From positions 40,260-104,259 of the forward strand of contig JAKLFF010000001.1 of assembly GCA_022711335.1 (NCBI GenBank): a stretch of 64,000 nt of DNA, written 5' to 3'. The notes under the pieces are model-generated. The model did not search any database and was not told the DNA's origin. It saw only the letters and a program-made list of their open reading frames with translations. The position numbers were made by a program, and so were the translations under genes. Below, in pieces: positions 35,113-42,655 of the stretch; position 1 is the stretch's first letter, and each line of letters starts with the position of its first letter. The stretch is from Patescibacteria group bacterium (GTDB taxonomy: Bacteria > Patescibacteriota > Minisyncoccia > Moranbacterales > UBA2206).

Positions 35113-35285
35113 CTTCCTTTCTATATTTTTAAAGATTATTTTCCGAAAAAAACACTGGATTTTTTTCGAAACTGATTTGCTTGCGTTGAAGCTATTAAGC
35201 CTTCAAAAAGGCGTCTTATATTGAATTTTACCAAAGTTAAGGGGGGCGTCAACTAGACAAGAGACTATTTTTAGGGCATAATTCG

Positions 35286-36164
35286 TTAAATTGAAAAAAT
35301 AGCAATTCTCCATCTGGAAGCCAGATCTCTTTGAAAACTCGGTTTGCACTTCGGGAAGGACGTTTTTATCAGTTTGGATATTTTTGTTTTTTGTTCGGGA
35401 CTTATCTCCATATAACATGAAACATGGAACATGGAACAATTTTCTTTCAAGGTTTTTATTTGCTGTAATAATTTTTTATAGTGATCAAGTCCGTCGATTC
35501 CGGAAAGTAAAGCGGACTGCGGTTCATAATTTTTAACATCCGGTGCTGTTGAATTATAAATTTTTTCAGAAAGATAGGGAAGATTGGCGACAATAATTAA
35601 ATGGTTAAATTGTTTAATGGCTGGATTGTTTAAAAAGTGGCTTAACAGATTTGATCTGATAAATTTTATTCCGCCAGCTGGCGGATTATCCAGTTTATAT
35701 TTTTTGGCGTTTATTTTTGCGATTTTTAGAGCTTTTTCTGAAATGTCAATTCCGTAAAAGGACATCAAATGTCCATAATGGACATTTGATGTCCGAAGAT
35801 TTTTTGCAATAGAAATAATAATATTTCCAGAACCCGTACCAACGTCAATAATTGCAATTTTGTTATTTTTACTAGTTGCTAGTTGCAAATTACCGGTCAC
35901 TAATTCAACCAGATGCTCTGTTTCCGGCCGTGGAATGAGCGTGTGGCGGTTTACTTTGAAATCCAGGCCGTAGAACCCCTTCTGGCCTAAAATATACGCC
36001 AGAGGCTCGTTTTTTCGCCTTCTGGCGGTCATGGCTTGAAGTTTTTTTTCTTCAAGCTTGGTTAATTTCAATTCGGGGCGCGTCGAAACATATTCTCTTG
36101 ACTTTTTGAGAATATGTGCTAGAATCAATTCTTGTTCGTAGGGGGAAATAATGTTTTTTTTCAT
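35286..36164 (-). CDS. prmC: Release-factor glutamine N5-methyltransferase PrmC (HemK)
   Basis: NEPLAYILGQKGFYGLDFKVNRHTLIPRPETE is present. The SAM motif is IIDVGTGSGNI. NPPY-like IVANLPYL is present. It is adjacent to prfA on the same strand. Confidence 0.8.
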   Translation of the reverse strand: MKKNIISPYEQELILAHILKKSREYVSTRPELKLTKLEEKKLQAMTARRRKNEPLAYILGQKGFYGLDFKVNRHTLIPRPETEHLVELVTGNLQLATSKNNKIAIIDVGTGSGNIIISIAKNLRTSNVHYGHLMSFYGIDISEKALKIAKINAKKYKLDNPPAGGIKFIRSNLLSHFLNNPAIKQFNHLIIVANLPYLSEKIYNSTAPDVKNYEPQSALLSGIDGLDHYKKLLQQIKTLKENCSMFHVSCYMEISPEQKTKISKLIKTSFPKCKPSFQRDLASRWRIAIFSI

Positions 36165-36178
36165 AAAGAGGAGGTTTT

Positions 36179-36562
36179 ATGGAAGAAAGAGGAGTTCCTT
36201 TGAGATTCGAATATTTTACCAATGAAACTGTCCAATTTTTGAAGGAATCGGGGCAATTTCTGGATGTCAGAATTACTTATACGAGCGAAAGTAATTCCGG
36301 CGGATATGACTTTGTCATATCAATGGAAGTTGCCAAATCCGAAGAACGTTTTTTAGGGATAAAAGTAAGCCGGATATTTTCGGCTAAGGGATCCTACAGG
36401 GAACAGCTTGCCAAAATTTTTTCTTCAGCCGGATTTAGTTTCAAAGAAAGCGGTGAAGAAGGTTGGGTGTTTGCCAATAGTGCGAACATCAAAATCCACG
36501 TCAAGCCGGCACTTTCCTTGGCTAAGTATGGATTTGTAAGATGTTTTTTTATTATTGAATGA
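36179..36562 (+). CDS. Hypothetical protein
   Basis: This is the only long ORF in the prmC-prfA gap. It has no recognisable motifs, so its coding status is uncertain. Confidence 0.35.
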   Translation: MEERGVPLRFEYFTNETVQFLKESGQFLDVRITYTSESNSGGYDFVISMEVAKSEERFLGIKVSRIFSAKGSYREQLAKIFSSAGFSFKESGEEGWVFANSANIKIHVKPALSLAKYGFVRCFFIIE

Positions 36563-36599
36563 AAGAAAGTCCCTGGTGCTGGATTTCCGCACCGGGGAT

Positions 36600-37664
36600 T
36601 TATTTTGCAAGTTTTATTTTTGTATCTTCCTCCTTTAGCGTATTGATGATCTCATCTAAATTTCCACTCAAAATTCCCGGAATATTGCTCCAGCTTTGTT
36701 TGATTCTATGATCAGTGATTCTGTCTTGCGGATAATTGTAGGTTCTGATTTTTTCGCTTCTGTCTCCTGTGCCAATCTGCGATTTTCGAGTGTCTCCAAG
36801 CTCTTTGGCGCGTTTTTCTTCTTCCAGCTGCAAAAGCCTTGAGCGGAGCACTTTCATGGCTTTGTCTTTGTTTTTGAGCTGGGATTTTTCATCCTGGCAG
36901 GAAACGATGAGATTAGTCGGAATATGGGTTATTCTCACTGCGCTTTTTGTAGTATTTACCGATTGTCCGCCAGGGCCGGAAGAACAAAAAGTATCGATGC
37001 GAAGATCTTTTTCTTCGATTTTCAATTCCACTTCTTCCGCTTCAGGGAGAACAGCTACAGTTGAGGTTGAAGTGTGGACCCGGCCGTTTTTTTCGGTTTC
37101 CGGAACTCTCTGTACTCGATGCACACCGGATTCATATTTCATCTTTCCGTAAGCTCCGCGACCGTTTATTTCAAAAATAACTTCTTTAAATCCTCCAATG
37201 CCAATTTGGTTGGAGTTCAAAACTGCCGTATGCCAGCCGTTTTTTTCCGCGTATTTGGAATACATGCGGAAAAGTTCGGCGGAAAACAAAGCGGATTCGT
37301 CTCCGCCGGCGCCGGCTCGGATTTCCATGATGATATTTTTATCGTCATTCGGATCTTTCGGGAGCAGCTCTTTTTCAAGCTCTTTTTCCAGCCTTTCTTT
37401 TTCGGAGGATAATTTTATATTTTCATCCATGGCCATTTGCTTGAATTCGCCTTCCTCCTCTTTGGAATTTATTATTTTGGCGTTTTCGGCCATGTTTTTT
37501 TCAACTTTTTCCAGTCCAACTATTTTTTCATGAATTTCAGAAATTTCTGCTTGCCTTTTGCCGAGTCGGGCCATTTTTTGGGCGTCAGAAAACGTCTCAG
37601 GGTTGTTGAGCTGGGTGGAAATCTCTTCATATTCCTTTTTTATGGCTTTGAGCTGGTCTTGCAT
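36600..37664 (-). CDS. prfA: Peptide chain release factor 1
   Basis: The GGQ motif is SGPGGQSVNTT. The RF1-type tripeptide region is RVQRVPETEKNGRVHTS (P-x-T). Confidence 0.9.
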   Translation of the reverse strand: MQDQLKAIKKEYEEISTQLNNPETFSDAQKMARLGKRQAEISEIHEKIVGLEKVEKNMAENAKIINSKEEEGEFKQMAMDENIKLSSEKERLEKELEKELLPKDPNDDKNIIMEIRAGAGGDESALFSAELFRMYSKYAEKNGWHTAVLNSNQIGIGGFKEVIFEINGRGAYGKMKYESGVHRVQRVPETEKNGRVHTSTSTVAVLPEAEEVELKIEEKDLRIDTFCSSGPGGQSVNTTKSAVRITHIPTNLIVSCQDEKSQLKNKDKAMKVLRSRLLQLEEEKRAKELGDTRKSQIGTGDRSEKIRTYNYPQDRITDHRIKQSWSNIPGILSGNLDEIINTLKEEDTKIKLAK

Positions 37665-37727
37665 GGATTTAGTATAAATATACTACTTATTGTATAATTA
37701 AATCAAAGAATAATCAATTTTCTTAAT

Positions 37728-38009
37728 ATGGGCGGATTTTCTGAGAAAGTAATAAATGCAGTCAAAAAAATTCCCGAAGGGAAGACTTTGGCATATAAAA
37801 AAGTGGCCAAAAAAGCTGGAAATCCGAAAGCTTATCGGGCAGTCGGGAATATTCTAAATTCATACTACAGGTTGTGTATTAAAAATGGTTCAAAAACTAT
37901 TCCTTGCCATAGAGTAGTCAGGAGCGATGGAAAGCCAGGCGGGTATGTTTTAGGAAAAAGAAAAAAAGCCATTCTTCTAAAAAAAGAAGTCCGAGCGAAC
38001 TCGGACTAG
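37728..38009 (+). CDS. MGMT-family protein (O6-alkylguanine-DNA alkyltransferase DNA-binding domain only)
   Basis: The active-site motif IPCHRVV is present. The length is 93 aa. Confidence 0.7.
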   Translation: MGGFSEKVINAVKKIPEGKTLAYKKVAKKAGNPKAYRAVGNILNSYYRLCIKNGSKTIPCHRVVRSDGKPGGYVLGKRKKAILLKKEVRANSD

Positions 38010-38041
38010 GGGGGATCAATGCTAACACGCAGCATTGCACG

Positions 38042-38218
38042 ATTTTACAAAAGCATTGATTGTCTCTCCAGATGGAGAGGGTTTATAAAGCTCGCATTTT
38101 CCTTCTTTCGACAAAGGAGGTTCGTGTTTTTCTTTGAGATAGAAACAAACTCCAATCCTGGCGTATATGCAAGTATTACATTCTTCTGTTGCCATCATTT
38201 CTCCTTATTTGTGTGAAA
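38042..38218 (-). CDS. Small Cys-rich protein (58 aa; not in the ORF track)
   Basis: It translates to MMATEECNTCIYARIGVCFYLKEKHEPPLSKEGKCELYKPSPSGETINAFVKSCNAAC. An SD aaggag sits 6 nt upstream of the ATG (seen as ttctcctt on the plus strand). Confidence 0.4.
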
Positions 38219-38357
38219 ATAATAGACAACCACTTACTGTGCCCCTGCTATGATTTTATAAGAAAAATGCGTATGATGCAAATATTGGCTGGGAATAAAG
38301 TTAAAAAATGACCGCCTTTGCATATGCATTGGCGGTTTTTTTTGCGAAGAGAAGACT

Positions 38358-38501
38358 TCATATAGCTTTTCTGTCTCCGCATTTGGGGCAGATAAGTTCA
38401 CAATTCGACTCTCCAGGTTGCATTTCATTTTTGCAAGATTCGCATGCGGGCCAGCGCCCTTCTTTGGCAAAAATTTCCTCCAGCTTATTCCAGCAATCCA
38501 T
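38358..38501 (-). CDS. Small zinc-ribbon protein (47 aa; not in the ORF track)
   Basis: It translates to MDCWNKLEEIFAKEGRWPACESCKNEMQPGESNCELICPKCGDRKAI (CxxC...CxxC). An SD aaggag lies upstream. It conflicts in frame with the listed 78 aa ORF 38234..38470. Confidence 0.4.
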   Translation of the reverse strand: MDCWNKLEEIFAKEGRWPACESCKNEMQPGESNCELICPKCGDRKAI

Positions 38502-38667
38502 GGGACACTCCTTGGCTGAAAAGTTAATAAGCTAAAAAGTGCAGGTTGAACACATTATATATTTAAACTTGAATTTGTCAAAATGGCTTAATTTGGATGA
38601 AAGTAGCAATTTGAATTTTTTTGTTCTTTGAAGTATGCTTAATTCATCAAGAGATAAAAAAATAATT

Positions 38668-39714
38668 ATGCGAAAAATACTTATTGTAGGCGCAAAAGGG
38701 ATGTTGGGGCAAGAATTGGTCAAAACGTTTAGGAAAGACAGTGATTACAAAGTAATTGCCTGGGACAAAGAAGATATAGATATCACGCGGGAAAAAGAGG
38801 TAGACAAAAAAATCGGCATAATTAAGCCGAGTATTATTATCAATGCGGCGGCATATAATGCGGTGGATAAGTGCGAGGAAAATAAAAAAGAATTTGGATT
38901 GGCCAAAGAAATAAACGGTCTGGCGCCAGGATATTTGGCGAAAGCGGCAAAGAAAATAAAAGCGGTTTTAATCCACTATTCAACCGATTACGTTTTTGAT
39001 GGTGATTTAGAGAAGTTATTGTTTTCCGAGCCATCTGGCCCGCTTCGACTCGATGAGACATCTCGTCGAATCGAGGCGAGCTGCTCTCATGTTTGCGCGA
39101 CTTGTTTGCTTCATGAAAACGGGGAAATAGGTTATGGCGAAGATCATGAACCCAATCCAATCAGCAATTACGGAAAAAGCAAGCTGATGGGCGAGCAGGA
39201 AATTCAGAAAAATTATAAAAATCATTATATTATCCGCCTTTCCAAATTGTTTGGCAAGCCAGCCCAAGCTGAAGGAGCCAAAAAAAGTTTTTTTGATGTG
39301 ATGTTGGAGTTAGGCAAAAATCCGCCAGCTGGCGGAAAAGAAATTCACCCTGTTGAATACGCCGCAAAGCGGCGTCCGCCAGAGGCGGAATTCAATAGGG
39401 TAAAAGCTGTTGACGAAGAAACCAGCTGTTTCACTTATGCTCCAGATTTGGCCAAGAAGACCAAGGAAATAATTAATAGCAAAAAGCCGTTTGGCATTTA
39501 TCATGTAACTAACAGTAGATCTTGCACCTGGTACGAAGCTTGCGTGGAGCTCTATAAACTGGCTAAGATTAAAACAAAAGTGATTCCAGTTCCAGCATCT
39601 GAATTTCCACGTCCGGCCAAAAGGCCGATGTATTCGGTTTTATTAAATACAAAATTAAATCCACTCCGGGATTGGAAAGAAGCTTTAAGGGAGTATTTAA
39701 AAAATAATAAATAA
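38668..39714 (+). CDS. rmlD: dTDP-4-dehydrorhamnose reductase (RmlD/RfbD) with two GC-rich palindromic in-frame insertions
   Basis: MRKILIVGAKGMLGQ is the Rossmann N-terminus. HYSTDYVFDG and YGKSKLMGE are catalytic-region motifs. The start was moved to 38668. The protein is ~50 aa longer than canonical. Confidence 0.8.
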   Translation: MRKILIVGAKGMLGQELVKTFRKDSDYKVIAWDKEDIDITREKEVDKKIGIIKPSIIINAAAYNAVDKCEENKKEFGLAKEINGLAPGYLAKAAKKIKAVLIHYSTDYVFDGDLEKLLFSEPSGPLRLDETSRRIEASCSHVCATCLLHENGEIGYGEDHEPNPISNYGKSKLMGEQEIQKNYKNHYIIRLSKLFGKPAQAEGAKKSFFDVMLELGKNPPAGGKEIHPVEYAAKRRPPEAEFNRVKAVDEETSCFTYAPDLAKKTKEIINSKKPFGIYHVTNSRSCTWYEACVELYKLAKIKTKVIPVPASEFPRPAKRPMYSVLLNTKLNPLRDWKEALREYLKNNK

Positions 39715-39717
39715 GTC

Positions 39718-40959
39718 ATGAAAAATCTTAAAAAACAAGATCCACAAATTCACAAAGCAATAATAGGGGAATTAAAAAGACAGCAGGAGGGAATGGAGCT
39801 TATCGCATCGGAAAATTATGTTTCAGAAGCTGTTCTCGAAGCGTTGGGCAGTGTTTTTACGAACAAATATAGTGAAGGATATCCGGGGCAAAGATATTAT
39901 GGCGGACAGGAATATACCGATGTTGTTGAAAAAATAGCGATTGACCGGGCGAAGAAAATATTTGGAGCCCAGCATGTCAATGTTCAGCCTCACTCAGGCG
40001 CGCCAGCCAATATCATTTGCTATTTTGCACTTCTGAAACCAGGCGATACCGTTCTTGGCATGGATCTCTCGCATGGCGGACATTTGACGCATGGCCACCC
40101 GGTGACGCTTCCAGCCAAAATTTACAACTTTGTTCGCTACAAAACCAAGGCTGATGGGAAAATTGATTATAAGGAATTAGAAGAAATAGCCGTGAAACAT
40201 AAACCGAAACTAATCTTGGCTGGATTTTCAGCCTATACTAGGCAATTGGATTATAAAAAATTCAGAGCTATCGGGAAAAAAGTGGGAGCGATTACAATGT
40301 TTGACATTGCCCACATTGCCGGACTCATCGCAGGAAAAGCTCTTCCAAACCCAGTTCCATATTTTGATGTTGTGACAACGACAACTCATAAAACTCTCCG
40401 CGGTCCGCGAGGTGGAATGATAATGTGCAAAAAGAAGTATGCCCAGGCAATCGACAAAGCCACTTTTCCAGGGTTTCAGGGCGGACCGCACGAGAATAAT
40501 GTGGCTGCCAAAGCGGTGGCGTTTGGCGAAGCGTTGAAGCCGTCTTTCCGGTTATACGCAAAGCAAATCATCAAAAATGCCAAAGTTTTAGAAAAAGAGC
40601 TGACAAAACACGGATTCAAGCTGATGTTTGGCGGGACGGATAACCATATGGTTCTGGTAGATGTGTTTGGATCAAAGGGCGTAACTGGAAAAGAAGCGGA
40701 AGTGGCGCTCGACAAAGTAGGCATAACGCTTAATAAGAACATGATTCCGGACGATTCGAGAAATCCCATGGATCCAAGCGGAATCCGCATCGGCGTTCCG
40801 GCGGTGACCACTCGCGGGATGAAGGAAAAAGAAATTGTGAAAATCGCCAAATGGATAAAAGATACGATTGAGAATCACAGAAATAACAAAAAACTGAAAG
40901 AAATTAAAAAAGAAGTGATTGCGCTGTGCAAAAGATTTCCAATATATAAAAATTTATAA
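39718..40959 (+). CDS. glyA: Serine hydroxymethyltransferase
   Basis: LIASENYVSEAVLEALGSVFTNKYSEGYPGQRYYGG is present. The PLP-Lys region is TTTTHKTLRGPRGG. Confidence 0.9.
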   Translation: MKNLKKQDPQIHKAIIGELKRQQEGMELIASENYVSEAVLEALGSVFTNKYSEGYPGQRYYGGQEYTDVVEKIAIDRAKKIFGAQHVNVQPHSGAPANIICYFALLKPGDTVLGMDLSHGGHLTHGHPVTLPAKIYNFVRYKTKADGKIDYKELEEIAVKHKPKLILAGFSAYTRQLDYKKFRAIGKKVGAITMFDIAHIAGLIAGKALPNPVPYFDVVTTTTHKTLRGPRGGMIMCKKKYAQAIDKATFPGFQGGPHENNVAAKAVAFGEALKPSFRLYAKQIIKNAKVLEKELTKHGFKLMFGGTDNHMVLVDVFGSKGVTGKEAEVALDKVGITLNKNMIPDDSRNPMDPSGIRIGVPAVTTRGMKEKEIVKIAKWIKDTIENHRNNKKLKEIKKEVIALCKRFPIYKNL

Positions 40960-40966
40960 TAACTAT

Positions 40967-41764
40967 ATGAAGGGAATTATATTGTCCGGCGGGACGGCTA
41001 CGCGCCTTTTTCCGTTGACAGCCACAACTTCAAAACAATTGCTTCCGGTTTACGACCGGCAGATGGTTTTCTATCCGTTAAACACACTTATAAAAGCCGG
41101 AATAAAAGATATTTTGGTGATAGTTTCTCCGGAACACAGCGGACAATATCTGAATTTGCTTGGATCAATTTTTAAAAATCATGGCGTTCATCTGTATTTT
41201 GAAGTGCAGAAAGTTCCGCGCGGTCTTGCGGAAGCTTTTATTTTAGGAGAAAGTTTTATTGATGATGACAACGTGACTATGATTTTGGGAGACAATATTT
41301 TCGAACCGGATTTTTCCAAGGAGATAAATAACTTTGAATCCGGTGGGCTTGTTTTTGCCAAGAAAGTGCCTGATCCGGAACGGTACGGGGTGGTGAAATT
41401 TGACAAAAGCAATAAGGCGGTGGAAATTGTCGAAAAGCCCAAAAAATGGATAAGCGATTATGCCATTCCGGGACTGTATATTTATGACAACCGAGTTATT
41501 GAAGCAGCCAAAAAAGCCCAGCCTTCCGAGCGGGGAGAAATAGAAATAACATCACTTCATAATTATTATCTTAATCTCGGAGAGCTGAAAGTGAGCACTT
41601 TTTCCGGCGAATGGCTAGACGCGGGGACTTTTGATTCGCTTCTGGAAGCCGGCCGGATTGTGAAAGAAAAGAAAATTTATAAAAAGTTCGATCCGATGAT
41701 CGATGAAGCCATAGCGGAATTCAATGAAGATCTCAAAGCTTTGGCGAAGAAAAGATTGTTGTAA
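40967..41764 (+). CDS. rmlA: Glucose-1-phosphate thymidylyltransferase (RmlA-like, short form)
   Basis: MKGIILSGGTATRLFPLTATTSKQLLPVYDRQMVFYPL. The start was moved to 40967. Confidence 0.8.
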   Translation: MKGIILSGGTATRLFPLTATTSKQLLPVYDRQMVFYPLNTLIKAGIKDILVIVSPEHSGQYLNLLGSIFKNHGVHLYFEVQKVPRGLAEAFILGESFIDDDNVTMILGDNIFEPDFSKEINNFESGGLVFAKKVPDPERYGVVKFDKSNKAVEIVEKPKKWISDYAIPGLYIYDNRVIEAAKKAQPSERGEIEITSLHNYYLNLGELKVSTFSGEWLDAGTFDSLLEAGRIVKEKKIYKKFDPMIDEAIAEFNEDLKALAKKRLL

Positions 41765-41782
41765 TAATTAAAATTTACAAGC

Positions 41783-42655
41783 ATGACTAAAATTAAAAAA
41801 GCTATTCTTCCAGTTGCGGGTTTTGGAACCCGGTTCTTGCCGGCGACTAAAGCCCAGCCGAAAGAAATGCTTCCGGTCGTTGACAAGCCAGCTATTCAAT
41901 ATTTGGTCGAAGAAGCAGCGGCAGCTGGAATTGAAGAAATTGTTTTTGTAACCGGTCGCGGAAAAAGAGCTATTGAAGATCATTTTGACTATTCATACGA
42001 GCTTGATCATACGCTAGTTGAAAAAAATAAGCACGATTTGGTCAAAAAAGTGAGGGAAGTTGAAGATTTGGCAAAATTTTCATATGTTCGACAACCCGTT
42101 CCTCTGGGAGACGGCCATGCTGTTCTTTGCGCTCGGCATATTGTTGGAGATGAGCCTGTGCTTGTGATGTTCGGCGATAGTTTATATGACAGCGAAGTTC
42201 CCGCTGCAAAACAACTTATTGATGTATATGAAAAATATAATGATGTCGTGGTTGGTTTGTCCGAAGTAAAACCAGACGAGGTTGAAAGATTTGGCGTTAT
42301 AGACGGAATTGATATCGGAAATGGAATCTATGAGATTAAAAAATTTGTCGAGAAGCCCAAAAAAGAAGAAGCGCCAAGCAATTTAGTGGCGGTTGGAAAA
42401 TATATAATAACTCCCGAAATTTTTGAGCTGTTGTCGACAATGAAAGGCGGAAAATCGGGAGAAATAAGGCTGGCTGACGCTTTTGATCTGATGTTGCAGA
42501 AAAACAGGCCGATTTACGGAAAAAAACTGGATGGCGAATGGCTGGATACGGGCGAAAAGCTTACTTTTATCACAACAACCATAAAGCTTGGTATAAAGCA
42601 TCCTGAAATAGGAGAAAAACTAAAAAGATTTATTAAAGAACTTGATATAAAATGA
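41783..42655 (+). CDS. galU: UTP--glucose-1-phosphate uridylyltransferase
   Basis: KAILPVAGFGTRFLPATKAQPKEMLPVVDKPAIQYLVEEA. Confidence 0.85.
   Translation: MTKIKKAILPVAGFGTRFLPATKAQPKEMLPVVDKPAIQYLVEEAAAAGIEEIVFVTGRGKRAIEDHFDYSYELDHTLVEKNKHDLVKKVREVEDLAKFSYVRQPVPLGDGHAVLCARHIVGDEPVLVMFGDSLYDSEVPAAKQLIDVYEKYNDVVVGLSEVKPDEVERFGVIDGIDIGNGIYEIKKFVEKPKKEEAPSNLVAVGKYIITPEIFELLSTMKGGKSGEIRLADAFDLMLQKNRPIYGKKLDGEWLDTGEKLTFITTTIKLGIKHPEIGEKLKRFIKELDIK

Noticed and set aside
35400-35440. Treating catataacatgaaacatggaacatggaac inside the prmC 3-prime end as a regulatory repeat or insertion
   Set aside because: Translated on the minus strand it gives ...SMFHVSCYMEI..., which aligns with the conserved PrmC C-terminal block (GGWLLLEHG-like position). 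It is therefore probably ordinary coding sequence.
38234-38470. 78 aa minus-strand ORF and 75 aa plus-strand ORF (38308..38535) overlapping the zinc-ribbon micro-ORF
   Set aside because: Neither has an SD or recognisable motifs. The alternative 47 aa frame has an SD and a CxxC...CxxC ribbon. The choice remains uncertain, so the micro-ORF is reported at low confidence only.
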